DNA from: Ktedonobacterales bacterium
GTDB taxonomy: Bacteria > Chloroflexota > Ktedonobacteria > Ktedonobacterales > JADMIN01
DNA: 64,000 nt
Direction of reading: 5' to 3'
Assembly: GCA_036391835.1 (NCBI GenBank)
Contig: DASVZC010000019.1
Coordinates: 919 to 64,918 of the forward strand
Under the pieces are notes generated by a model, which was given only the letters and a program-made list of their open reading frames with translations, had not been told where the DNA came from and did not search any database. The translations under genes and the position numbers were made by a program. Position 1 is the stretch's first letter, and every line of letters begins with the position of its first letter. Shown here piece by piece: positions 18,760 to 27,980 of the stretch.

Positions 18760-20079
18760 ATGGGATATACAGCGAAAAGAAATACATGGGGCGTGCCGCT
18801 GCTCGCCTTGTTGAGCGCAAATGGCATCTCGGTGGTGGGTAATGTTCTGGCGGCGCTAGCCATCCCCTGGTTTGTCTTGCAGACCACGGGGAGCGCAGCC
18901 CAGATGGGTTTGACAGCCTGTGTCGAGGTTGTGGCGAACCTGGTAGCTGGGGTCTTTGGTGGCACGCTGGTTGATCGTGTGGGACAGAAACGCATCAGCG
19001 TTCTCGCAGATCTGGCTAGCGGGTTCGCGGTCGCCCTGGTACCGTTGCTCTATTACACCGTGGGACTGGCGTTCTGGCAGTTGCTTCTGCTGGTCTTTTG
19101 CGCCTCGCTCTGCAACGCGCCAGGCAACACCGCCCTCACCGTCCTGCTGCCGGATGTAGCGGACCTGGCTGGCATGCCTTTTGAGCGCGCCAGTACCATC
19201 TTGCAAGCCATTCAGCGCGCCGCCGGGCTGGTGGGGGCGCCAGCTGCGGGCGCATTGATTGTCGTTCTAGGCACAACCAGGCTGCTCTGGGCGGATGCCG
19301 TGAGCTTTCTGCTTTCCGCGTGCATTGTCGCGCTGGCCATCCCGGCCTCCCGCGTTGCTGCATCAGCACCGCGTGAAAGCGCTGAGGCTGTTCAGGAAGC
19401 AGACGAGGACGTAAAAGAAACGGCTGAAGAGCAATGGTCGTGGTGGGCTGGCCTCAAGTTGAGCTTCCAGAGCTTGTGGGGCGACCGCCTGATGCTGGCG
19501 ATCATGGGTGTGCTCATCATCACCAACCTGCTCGACGCCTCGCTCATCGCCGTAGTCATGCCGATCTATGCCAAAGTCCATTTTGGTAACGCCCTGGTCT
19601 TTGGACTCTTGTCCGCAGCCTTTGGCGGTGGCGCTCTGTTCGGCTCTTTCTTATTCAGCCTCTTCGGCGTCAAATTGCCCAGGCGTATGACCTTTACTCT
19701 GGCGTTCCTCGGCATGGGCCTGCCTTTCTGGGCGCTCGCCTTTCTGCCCGCGCTGCCCGTGCTGCTGCTCGCCTCAGCAATTGGTGGGATTGCCAGCGCG
19801 CCCATCAATCCCGTGATCATGACCCTCAGCATGGAGCGAGTGCCCGCGCCGATGCGGGGACGTGTGCTGGGTCCGCTGATTGCTCTGGCCAGGATCACCG
19901 TGCCCCTCGGTCTCCTGCTCGTTGGGGGCTGCGTCGAGCGTCTGGGATTGCAGGACACGCTTTTCCTGATGGCTGGAGCTTACCTGCTAGCGACACTCAG
20001 TCTGCTCTTCAACCCCAACCTGCGCCAGATGGATCAGAAGCCAGAGAGAAAGAAGGAGTTAGTAGCAGTGCCTGCTTGA
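18760..20079 (+). CDS. MFS transporter
   Basis: 439 aa, about 12 TM segments. Start resembles the MFS at 31184 (LLSANGISVVGNVLAALAIPWFVLQTTGS). Confidence 0.85.
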   Translation: MGYTAKRNTWGVPLLALLSANGISVVGNVLAALAIPWFVLQTTGSAAQMGLTACVEVVANLVAGVFGGTLVDRVGQKRISVLADLASGFAVALVPLLYYTVGLAFWQLLLLVFCASLCNAPGNTALTVLLPDVADLAGMPFERASTILQAIQRAAGLVGAPAAGALIVVLGTTRLLWADAVSFLLSACIVALAIPASRVAASAPRESAEAVQEADEDVKETAEEQWSWWAGLKLSFQSLWGDRLMLAIMGVLIITNLLDASLIAVVMPIYAKVHFGNALVFGLLSAAFGGGALFGSFLFSLFGVKLPRRMTFTLAFLGMGLPFWALAFLPALPVLLLASAIGGIASAPINPVIMTLSMERVPAPMRGRVLGPLIALARITVPLGLLLVGGCVERLGLQDTLFLMAGAYLLATLSLLFNPNLRQMDQKPERKKELVAVPA

Positions 20080-20139
20080 GGGAAACCCCAGATTCCGGCA
20101 AACAGGTCTATGAGGCCTTACAGTGTGCTTCGGGCAATT

Positions 20140-20186
20140 GAGGACAACGGACCAGATCGCTGGGGATGATCGGGCACGTTGTCCTC
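20140..20186. terminator. Hairpin between convergent genes
   Basis: GAGGACAACG (20140-20149) pairs with CGTTGTCCTC (20177-20186): 10 bp perfect, 27-nt loop, no clear U-tract. Confidence 0.35.
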
Positions 20187-20275
20187 GCACGCTGAAAGCT
20201 CATGTACATCAAAAGGCCTACCAAGTCGTTTGATCTCAGTGATTCACGCGGTGATCGTTGTGAAGGAGCCTCTCG

Positions 20276-21034
20276 TCACATGTGCTGGCGCCAGGGCAAC
20301 ATGAATTGAAAGGTCCACGGGCCGGGGCGAATGGTGCGCTGCACACTGCCTTTTGCGAGCAGCCACACCTCGCCAACCTCAACAGTCACACTCACTCGTG
20401 AGAGCCCTGCAGACGGATGGAGCGCTCCCGAGTCGAGCATACAGTGCTCAATGGTGGCGCTGTCGAGAAGCGCCGCACGCCCAAGTGGTTCGCAGGAGAC
20501 ACTGAGTCCGTCGCTCTCGCTACCAGATGCCTCGCTGACCACAACGTGGTTGAGGATCACGTAGCCGTAGCGCTGTGCGAGGGTGTCCGACACGCGCGCG
20601 GTGATGGCAATGTAGGTGTTGCCCGAGTCGGCATAGGCCTGATCCACACTGATGGTCACGCCATCGATGGTTCGGCTCTGCCCAATCGTGGTGTAGAGGT
20701 TGGCATTGCCTATCAGTTGGGCCTTGGGCCCGCCAAACAGTCCACCCCAGTAGGCCGTACCTACTCCCGCGCCTACGAGCACGACGAGCGCAGCGGCGAA
20801 TCCAGCGTTCATCAGCGCCGCCCGAAGTCGCGGATGGCGCGCGGCCTGACGCGTCGACCGTGGGGCAGCGGCGGCCGCCTTGTCTGTAGCCTGGGCGCCA
20901 AGCGGGAGCTGTGTTCGCACATTGAACCATGCGGACTCAGTATCCACCATCGTGGGAGCGTGCCGAGCAAAGGTGGCGCGCAGTGTCGGCTCTTCCGCCA
21001 GTTCCCAATCGTGTGGCGAATCTTCAGTTTGCAT
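20276..21034 (-). CDS. Single-pass membrane protein, probable anti-sigma partner of the upstream ECF sigma
   Basis: 252 aa. Cytoplasmic N-terminus, one TM (AGFAAALVVLVGAGVGTAYWGG), extracytoplasmic domain. Lies 47 nt downstream of the sigma gene. AAAGGAAG SD. Confidence 0.6.
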   Translation of the reverse strand: MQTEDSPHDWELAEEPTLRATFARHAPTMVDTESAWFNVRTQLPLGAQATDKAAAAAPRSTRQAARHPRLRAALMNAGFAAALVVLVGAGVGTAYWGGLFGGPKAQLIGNANLYTTIGQSRTIDGVTISVDQAYADSGNTYIAITARVSDTLAQRYGYVILNHVVVSEASGSESDGLSVSCEPLGRAALLDSATIEHCMLDSGALHPSAGLSRVSVTVEVGEVWLLAKGSVQRTIRPGPWTFQFMLPWRQHM

Positions 21035-21081
21035 CTATATGGCTTCCTTTCTGTCAGAGGGAGCGCAGAGGGAGCAGGTCA

Positions 21082-21657
21082 TTAAGATTGGGAGAGATCA
21101 CGCTCGCGCTGCTGGGCGGTCGCCATGTGCTCACGCAACTGCATCAACGCGCGATGTAGCGTCACTCGACCGGTCCCCTCGCGCACGTCCAATATGTTGG
21201 CAATCTCACGAGTCGTAAAGCCACCGAAGTAGCGCAGCGCCAGCGGAACACGGTAGTGGCCAGGTAGTGACTCTATCCTTGACCAGAGGTCGTCGCGCTC
21301 CTGCGAACGTATGGCAAGTTCGTCGGGCGCGAAGGCAGGCGACGATTGCCGCGCCAACTGGCTTTCATCCAGTACAGCTTCGTGCTTGCGCCGGGGAGTA
21401 GACATCGCATCCAGGATGTGGCGCGTCACGATCCGATGGAACCACAATGGAAATGCTTTGGGATCGCGTAACTGCTGACGCCGCTCGAACGCATGGATGA
21501 AGGCCTCTTGCGCAGAGTCCTGCGCCTCGGGCAGCGGCAATCCACTGACCACCGCCAGACGCACGGCGTTGGGATAGCACGTGGCGAACAGCGCCCGCAC
21601 GGCGTCCTCGTCACCACGGAGCCATCCATCCATGTGCGACCAGGTCGCGTCATTCAT
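21082..21657 (-). CDS. ECF-type RNA polymerase sigma factor
   Basis: Region 2 (AQEAFIHAFERRQQLRDPKAFPLWFHRIVTRH) and region 4 (YRVPLALRYFGGFTTREIANILDVREGTGRVTLHRAL). Start MNDATW was chosen by SD. Confidence 0.85.
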   Translation of the reverse strand: MNDATWSHMDGWLRGDEDAVRALFATCYPNAVRLAVVSGLPLPEAQDSAQEAFIHAFERRQQLRDPKAFPLWFHRIVTRHILDAMSTPRRKHEAVLDESQLARQSSPAFAPDELAIRSQERDDLWSRIESLPGHYRVPLALRYFGGFTTREIANILDVREGTGRVTLHRALMQLREHMATAQQRERDLSQS

Positions 21658-21771
21658 GCGCCCCATCCTTTCTGGCGAACCCGTGTTGTGGTAACCACGG
21701 TGAAAGGACGGGCCTAACGCCACAAGTGTTACAACGCGTTGGCGTACGGCGTATTCCGTTGGCGATGCGCT

Positions 21772-22326
21772 CTAACTCTGGACAGTGCAGTAGCTAGTGC
21801 TCCAGAAGATCGAGCCGCCGCCGGCGTCGCTCTGGAAATACCACGTGAACGTGCTCGAACCCTTCCACCACGCCTTCTGAGGAACACCCGAGTGAAAGCA
21901 GGGGGTGAGCGCCGCTGGAGGGGCGGAGTAGTCCCATCCCAAGGCGGGCAACTGTTGCGCATAGAAGGAGTTGATTTGCTCGAACGTTCCAACGGTGCAA
22001 ACGCCCGACTCACCCCCCTGACTGACGCTCCCATTGACGCCTGTGGAGCCGATGCCATGGAGCGTCTGCGGGGGCGCAGGCAGCGGAACGTTATTGAGCG
22101 TGGTTTCGTATGCGCCTGCTTGATCGGAGTAGATGCCAAACGGGTCCGGCTGGCACGTCGTGCTGGCGGAGGCAGGCGATTGTGTAGGAGTATCCGTCGC
22201 GGTCGGGGAAGGGGTTGGCCTGGGTGTCGCGGTTGGGCGCGGCGTGGCATTGGAGGCTTGAGCGCACCCAACCAGCAGAGCGGCGACGGCGAAAACACTC
22301 ACCAACAGGCAGACACTCTTACGCAT
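21772..22326 (-). CDS. Lipoprotein with P/T-rich linker
   Basis: MRKSVCLLVSVFAVAALLVGC lipobox, then a TPRPTATPRPTPSPT linker and a globular domain. Confidence 0.7.
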   Translation of the reverse strand: MRKSVCLLVSVFAVAALLVGCAQASNATPRPTATPRPTPSPTATDTPTQSPASASTTCQPDPFGIYSDQAGAYETTLNNVPLPAPPQTLHGIGSTGVNGSVSQGGESGVCTVGTFEQINSFYAQQLPALGWDYSAPPAALTPCFHSGVPQKAWWKGSSTFTWYFQSDAGGGSIFWSTSYCTVQS

Positions 22327-22407
22327 TGACACGCTCACTGGCCACCTCACATGCTCCATTGCACACTGGTTGCATCACCAGTATACACGGCGCAGGAAGC
22401 GGGCGTG

Positions 22408-23541
22408 TCAGTGATCTGCGCGCCCGCTCGTGGGCTCCTCCGTCGGCGGGAACGCCAGGCGATACCCTTGATCGGCGAGTTGGGCTGCGGTCTGTCTCGG
22501 CGCATCATGTGGCCGCGCCTTGAAGATGTAGAACAGATACCACAGCGAAGGCAGCAACAGCAGCATGCCAGCGGCGGAAGCTAGGGTAGCGGCCAGCAGC
22601 ACACTCTCCGGCGCGGAGGCGTTTCCGATGGTCACATCGGGAATGATGAGGTAGGGATACTGCGCGACCGCCCATGCCGCCAGGATGCACGCCATCTCAC
22701 CGGCCACAAGATAGCGCGCTAGAGTGAAGCGCTGCGCCAGCAGCGCATAGGCCGTCGCCAGGCCAATCAACATGGCGCCAAGCGAGAGGGGCAGCGCCTT
22801 GCCAATCAATCCGCTCCACAACTGCGGCGACTCGAACGCCGCCAGCAGCGCCGCCAGCGCGCCCAGCGCCGCCGTCACCGCGCCCGCCAACAACGCGCGT
22901 ATCCGGAAATCTTCCGCCAGTGGAAGATTGTTGTCTGTCTTCGCTTCTACTGAGAGGTAGGTTGCGGCGAGTGTAGCGCAGATTGCGACAGCGAAGGCGC
23001 CGCAGGTCAGCGCAAAGGGAGTCGTCCACGTCGTCCAGTAGTTTGCCGAGACAACGCCATTGTGCACGTGGATGTGACCACCCGCGAGGCCACCCGCCAG
23101 CGCGCCCAGCAGGAACGGCGCAATCACACTGGCTCCGTTGAAGATGTAGCCCCAGGCGACTGCCATTTCAGCGTTGCGCGCATACTGAGAGCGAAGGCCG
23201 AAGCCCGCGCCACGCAGCACGATGCCCACCAACGCCAGCACAATCGGGATGAAGAGCGCCGTCGAGACAGACGCGTAGACCACAGGGAAGGTCGTCCACG
23301 TCACCGTGATGACATAGATCAGCCAGACGTTGTTCGCCTCCCAGACAGGGCCAAGCGCATGCGCGATCGCGGCGCGCTGCTGTTCCATGCGCGGCCCACG
23401 CGCCAGCAGGTCCCACACGCCGCCACCAAAATCAGCGCCGCCGAGAACCGCATAGGCGATCAAGCCGGCGCCGACGAGGCCAGCGCAGATATTCGCCAGG
23501 AAGGATGCCGTCGCACTTCCCACTGATGCCAGAATGAACAT
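22408..23541 (-). CDS. cydB: Cytochrome bd ubiquinol/menaquinol oxidase subunit II
   Basis: 377 aa, polytopic, immediately downstream of cydA. GGAGG SD. Confidence 0.9.
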   Translation of the reverse strand: MFILASVGSATASFLANICAGLVGAGLIAYAVLGGADFGGGVWDLLARGPRMEQQRAAIAHALGPVWEANNVWLIYVITVTWTTFPVVYASVSTALFIPIVLALVGIVLRGAGFGLRSQYARNAEMAVAWGYIFNGASVIAPFLLGALAGGLAGGHIHVHNGVVSANYWTTWTTPFALTCGAFAVAICATLAATYLSVEAKTDNNLPLAEDFRIRALLAGAVTAALGALAALLAAFESPQLWSGLIGKALPLSLGAMLIGLATAYALLAQRFTLARYLVAGEMACILAAWAVAQYPYLIIPDVTIGNASAPESVLLAATLASAAGMLLLLPSLWYLFYIFKARPHDAPRQTAAQLADQGYRLAFPPTEEPTSGRADH

Positions 23542-23567
23542 GCTGGAAACCTCCTCTCCCGGCGCGC

Positions 23568-24929
23568 CTACGCCTGCGCCGCCGTCGCGCTATTACCGGC
23601 GCCCGCGTCTGGCTCAGCCGCCTTCGGACGCTGGCGCGCGAGCCGCAGCAGCAGATACACCAGCGCGACGGTCAGAACGAGATAGATCAGCATGAACACG
23701 AGCAAGATCGTCAGGCCAGCGCCCGGCACCGGCGTTACGGCATCGGCCACACGCATCACCCCCTGGATGATCCACGGCTGGCGGCCAATCTCAGTGACCA
23801 TCCAACCGGCTTCTAGGGCGATGAACGCCAGCGGTCCCGTCAGCACAGCCGTCCAGAGCATCACCTTCGAGATACGAGACTCGGGAATCGTACGGCCATT
23901 GCGATAGTAGAGAAACCAGAACCAGATCGGTAAGACGATCATCAGCGCGCCCGTGCCGACCATCAGATCGAAGGCCAGATGGACGAGCAGGGTATTTGGC
24001 CAGTCGGCGCGCGGGAAGGCGTCGAGCCCCTTCACAACCGAGTTGGGATCACCATACGCCAACCAACTGAGCAATTTGGGAATCTCGATGCTGAAGTTCG
24101 TCTGCTGCGTATTGGGATCGGCGATGCCCAGGATGCGGAGCGGCGCCCCGGCGACCGTGTGGAACAGGCCCTCCATCGCGGCAAGCTTGGCAGGCTGTGT
24201 ATGCGCCACCATCTTCGCGCTCAGGTCGCCGATATATGCCTGAATCGGCGCGACGATCGTGCCAAAGGCCATCGGCAGCAGCAATCCACGTGTATGGTAG
24301 GTCGTGCGCCGACCACGCAGCAGCGCCACCGCGTAGATCGCGGCGACGGCGAACGCGGCGACCTGATAGGACGCCAGAATCATGTGCACGGTTTCAGACG
24401 GCGTGCCGGGATTGAACATCGCACCCAGCGGGTCAACGTTTGTGACCTTCCCATTGACGGCGGTATAGCCAGTTGGCGAGTTCATCCAGGAGTTGGCGGT
24501 CACGACGAAGAACGCCGAGGCTGTGCCACCCACCGCGACGGGAATCGAGCAGAGCCAATGCGCGCGTGGCGAGAGGCGATCCCAGCCATAGAGATAGAGT
24601 CCGAGGAAGATACCTTCTGTGAAGAACGCAAACCCTTCCATTGCGAAGGGCGTCCCAATCACGCTGCTGGCGAACCCCATGAAGCGAGGCCACAGGAGTC
24701 CCATCTCAAACGATATCGCAGTGCCAGACACAGCCCCGACCACAAAGAGGATGCTGAATGCCTGACTCCAGCGCCGCGCCAGCGCGTACCAGACGGTATC
24801 CCCGTTTCGCAGTCCAAGGCCCTCGGCCACACACAGCAGGACAGGCAACCCGACACCCAATGACGCAAAGATGATATGAAACGCCAGAGTGGATCCCATC
24901 GCAGCCCGAGCCGCTATCAGATTCGACAT
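23568..24929 (-). CDS. cydA: Cytochrome bd oxidase subunit I
   Basis: Start MSNLIAARAAMGSTLAFHIIFASLGVG plus GWMVTEIGRQPW are CydA hallmarks. Confidence 0.9.
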   Translation of the reverse strand: MSNLIAARAAMGSTLAFHIIFASLGVGLPVLLCVAEGLGLRNGDTVWYALARRWSQAFSILFVVGAVSGTAISFEMGLLWPRFMGFASSVIGTPFAMEGFAFFTEGIFLGLYLYGWDRLSPRAHWLCSIPVAVGGTASAFFVVTANSWMNSPTGYTAVNGKVTNVDPLGAMFNPGTPSETVHMILASYQVAAFAVAAIYAVALLRGRRTTYHTRGLLLPMAFGTIVAPIQAYIGDLSAKMVAHTQPAKLAAMEGLFHTVAGAPLRILGIADPNTQQTNFSIEIPKLLSWLAYGDPNSVVKGLDAFPRADWPNTLLVHLAFDLMVGTGALMIVLPIWFWFLYYRNGRTIPESRISKVMLWTAVLTGPLAFIALEAGWMVTEIGRQPWIIQGVMRVADAVTPVPGAGLTILLVFMLIYLVLTVALVYLLLRLARQRPKAAEPDAGAGNSATAAQA

Positions 24930-25142
24930 CTCAGCATCGCTCCGTTCGCATCGTTCGCATGGAAGCGCGTTGATGCAGCGCCGCATCGCACACATCCATC
25001 TCCACGTCATAATCGTAGCAGGCGCACTCGGCCACGCGCCGTAACGAGTTCGTCACGCCTTGCGAATACAGTGTCAAGAGAGGAGGAACGCGCACACAAG
25101 CTGGCGCAAAGGCGGCGCCAATGCGCGCTCGGGGAGGTCACA

Positions 25143-26378
25143 ATGCTGCGACACATCGGTTGGCTAGCGTGGACGTTAGCGCTCCTGACGTTCGTAGCGC
25201 TCGCTGTAGACTTCGCCATCAATCCGCCCGAGAGCGCTGCCAGCCTGGTGGACAACCTGCTGAGCGCATTGCTTCTGATGGTCTTCGCGGGTGTGGGCGC
25301 GCTGATCGCCTCGAAGCGCCAGCGCAATCCCGTGGGGTGGTTCCTCTGTCTCGTAGCATCACTCTCCGCAAGCGGTTCTCTCGCCCTGGACTACGCCGTG
25401 CGCGGGCTCGTCCTCCATCAGGGATCGCAGGTCGGTGGCGTCGAAGCTGCGCTCTTTGGTGGCGTGGCGCGATCACTCGGCTTCTACTTTAGCCTGACGC
25501 TCGTGCCGCTGGTCTTCCCCACTGGCAAATTACTCTCGCCGCGCTGGCGCTGGGCCGCGTGGGCCATCGTACTCGCGACACTGCTCTCTATCCTGGGAAT
25601 CCTCACGGCGCCATTCGGAGACTACACAGACGTGCGACTGGCGAGCGTCCACAATCCCATCACGCTGCTCCCAGCGCATGTAGGCGAGGGTATGGCTGTA
25701 ATTGCCACGCTATGCTTCTTTGCGCTTGCGGTCATCGCCGCAATCACCATCGTGCTCCGGTTCCGGCGCGCTCGTGGCGCCGAACGACTGCAATTGAAAT
25801 GGTTCGCCTACGCGATGGTGACTGGAGCGTGTGGTGGATTTCTATTCCTCATCGTGATCATGTTCATCTCACCAACTGGCATCCCATTTAGCTCATTCTT
25901 CTATCTGATCACGGTGGGCATGCCTATCTCGGCAGGCATCGCCATCCTGCGTCACCGCCTCTATGACATTGACATCATCATCAACCGCACGCTGGTCTAT
26001 GGCGGGCTGACTGCTATTCTCGCGGGCCTGTATTTTGGCGTCGTCATCGGCGCACAGACGTTCACCCAAACGATCACCGGCAAGCAGACGGGCCAGCAAC
26101 CCGTGGTCATCGTGCTGACCACATTGCTCGCCGCCGCGCTCGTCCAGCCGCTGCGCGCGTGGCTACAGGGGGTCATCGACCGTCGCTTCTACCGCAGCCG
26201 CTACGACGCCGCAAAAACACTGGCAGCCTTTAGCGCGACACTACGCAGCGAAGTGGACCTGAGCGCGCTACGCGAGCGACTGCTGGAGGTGGTAGACGAC
26301 ACGATGCGTCCCTCCCGCATCTCGCTCTGGCTACGGCCTACACACGACCGCGCACGTCACGCCGAAACGAACACGTAG
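25143..26378 (+). CDS. Polytopic membrane protein resembling the sensor module of histidine kinases, with no kinase domain
   Basis: ATG at 25143 with GGGGAGG 6 nt upstream. About 10 TM segments, then LYDIDIIINRTLVYGGLT...VIDRRFYRSRYDAAKTL...ISLWLRP. Ends without HisKA/HATPase motifs. Confidence 0.7.
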   Translation: MLRHIGWLAWTLALLTFVALAVDFAINPPESAASLVDNLLSALLLMVFAGVGALIASKRQRNPVGWFLCLVASLSASGSLALDYAVRGLVLHQGSQVGGVEAALFGGVARSLGFYFSLTLVPLVFPTGKLLSPRWRWAAWAIVLATLLSILGILTAPFGDYTDVRLASVHNPITLLPAHVGEGMAVIATLCFFALAVIAAITIVLRFRRARGAERLQLKWFAYAMVTGACGGFLFLIVIMFISPTGIPFSSFFYLITVGMPISAGIAILRHRLYDIDIIINRTLVYGGLTAILAGLYFGVVIGAQTFTQTITGKQTGQQPVVIVLTTLLAAALVQPLRAWLQGVIDRRFYRSRYDAAKTLAAFSATLRSEVDLSALRERLLEVVDDTMRPSRISLWLRPTHDRARHAETNT

Positions 26379-26638
26379 AGAACCAGGGCTGTCTGAGGAA
26401 TCGAGCGCGCTTGCTCCTGGTTGTGCGTCGAGTGGGCTGTTCCGGTCTTCGCCTCGAAGCCATGTCGCATTGTGAGGAATGTGTGCGGTCTGGCTGGTCG
26501 ATCGTGACCGCAGCGTGACCCGTATACGGTAGGCTAGATGTCGGCAAGGAAACTGAATGCCGGCCACATGGAACATGCTTTGTCTCTTACAATCAGAGCG
26601 GCCTCTCCTTGCTTTATCGGTGGAAAGGAGCGCCCAGC

Positions 26639-26863
26639 ATGATCCATAACACAACAGCGGTTTCCAGGCGTATACGCTACTGGCCCGCACTCTTGGGCGC
26701 GTTCCTTCTGGTCAGTTGCGTTGCCACTCCGGCCAATAGCCCTTCAGCGACCTCCACTCCCAAATCGACGCCAACAGGGGCGGGCGTGCCCGCGCTCGAT
26801 GCATTCTATGCGCATCCCGGGCCAGAGGGAGGATCACCGCTGGCCCCATCGAATAGAACCTAG
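26639..26863 (+). CDS. Small putative lipoprotein
   Basis: MIHNTTAVSRRIRYWPALLGAFLLVSC lipobox. AAAGGAG 8 nt upstream. 74 aa. Its 3' end overlaps the convergent M50 gene by 4 nt. Confidence 0.45.
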   Translation: MIHNTTAVSRRIRYWPALLGAFLLVSCVATPANSPSATSTPKSTPTGAGVPALDAFYAHPGPEGGSPLAPSNRT

Positions 26864-27846
26864 AACGAGCCGCCGACATGGCCCATAAGCGGCTGTAGCA
26901 TGTAGGTCGCGTAGGCCAACACGCCCGCCAGCCCAAAGTAGACCAGCGTGAGCATGATACGCGAGCCGAGCGAAATCTTATAGTAATTGGACCCTGACTC
27001 GCCGAAGCGTCGAATCAGTTGGTATCCGCCGAAGACGCCCAGGATGACCAGCAGCAGCGAGTGCGTCATGTACGCGCCAATCGCCACACCCACCAGGCCA
27101 ATCAACCAGATCCACTTCGAGATAGCTCCAGTGACACGTGATCCATCCAGTGGAGGCACAGGAATCAGATTGAGCAGATTGAGCAAGAAGCTATAGTAGG
27201 CCAGCGGAATCAGCACAGGGAGCCCAGTACGCCAATAGGCGATCAGGCAGACGACGCCGCCAATCGTACCCGCGAGCGGCCCCGCCAGCGCAATCTCGGC
27301 TTCATCGCGCGCATTGGATGGCGAGCGGCGCATCGTCACGAATGCGCCCACCAGCGGAATGAAGGTCGGCAGTCCAGCTGGCATCCCTTTCGCGCGGATG
27401 ACCACGAAATGCCCCATCTCATGCACCAGCAGCAGCGCCATGATACCCAGCCCAAACTGCCAGCCAAAGGCCACCGCATACACCGCGAAGCTGACGATTG
27501 CGCTCACGACTGGCCAGAACAGGCGCACACGAGTATCTGGCTCGGGCGTCGCCACAGCAGCCTGCTGCGCCGGGTATGGCGGATACATGGGATAGGCCGG
27601 ATAGCCTGCAGGCCCGGGATACTGCGCCTGTGGTGGATAGTACGGATAGGGGGCGTAGCCCGATGGATAGGGAGCGACTGGAGGTCGCTGAGCCGCCTGC
27701 TCGTAAAACTCCGGCGGCGGCGGATAGACGCCCGGCTGCTGGAAGTTCGGCGCCGGCGCCGTGGCGGATGATGCGCCCGGCCAGGTAGACCAGCCATTGG
27801 GCGAGGGCTGCGGAGATGGCGATTGGCTCTCTGGATACTCTGTCAT
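26860..27846 (-). CDS. M50 (site-2 protease-like) metallopeptidase with a Pro/Tyr-rich N-terminal extension
   Basis: HEMGHF zinc motif within TM segments. The N-terminal ~110 aa are rich in P, Y, A and Q. Start MTEYPES at 27846. Confidence 0.8.
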   Translation of the reverse strand: MTEYPESQSPSPQPSPNGWSTWPGASSATAPAPNFQQPGVYPPPPEFYEQAAQRPPVAPYPSGYAPYPYYPPQAQYPGPAGYPAYPMYPPYPAQQAAVATPEPDTRVRLFWPVVSAIVSFAVYAVAFGWQFGLGIMALLLVHEMGHFVVIRAKGMPAGLPTFIPLVGAFVTMRRSPSNARDEAEIALAGPLAGTIGGVVCLIAYWRTGLPVLIPLAYYSFLLNLLNLIPVPPLDGSRVTGAISKWIWLIGLVGVAIGAYMTHSLLLVILGVFGGYQLIRRFGESGSNYYKISLGSRIMLTLVYFGLAGVLAYATYMLQPLMGHVGGSF

Positions 27847-27980
27847 AGCTGGCCTTCTAACGAGAAGTGGGTGGCGCGGCTTCCTGGCGCCAACACCACG
27901 TACCACGCCGCACATCTCTTATACGCAAGAGTATAGCCGCAGGGCGCCACTTTTCGCCCCGATCAGCCTGTGCCAAGAGT

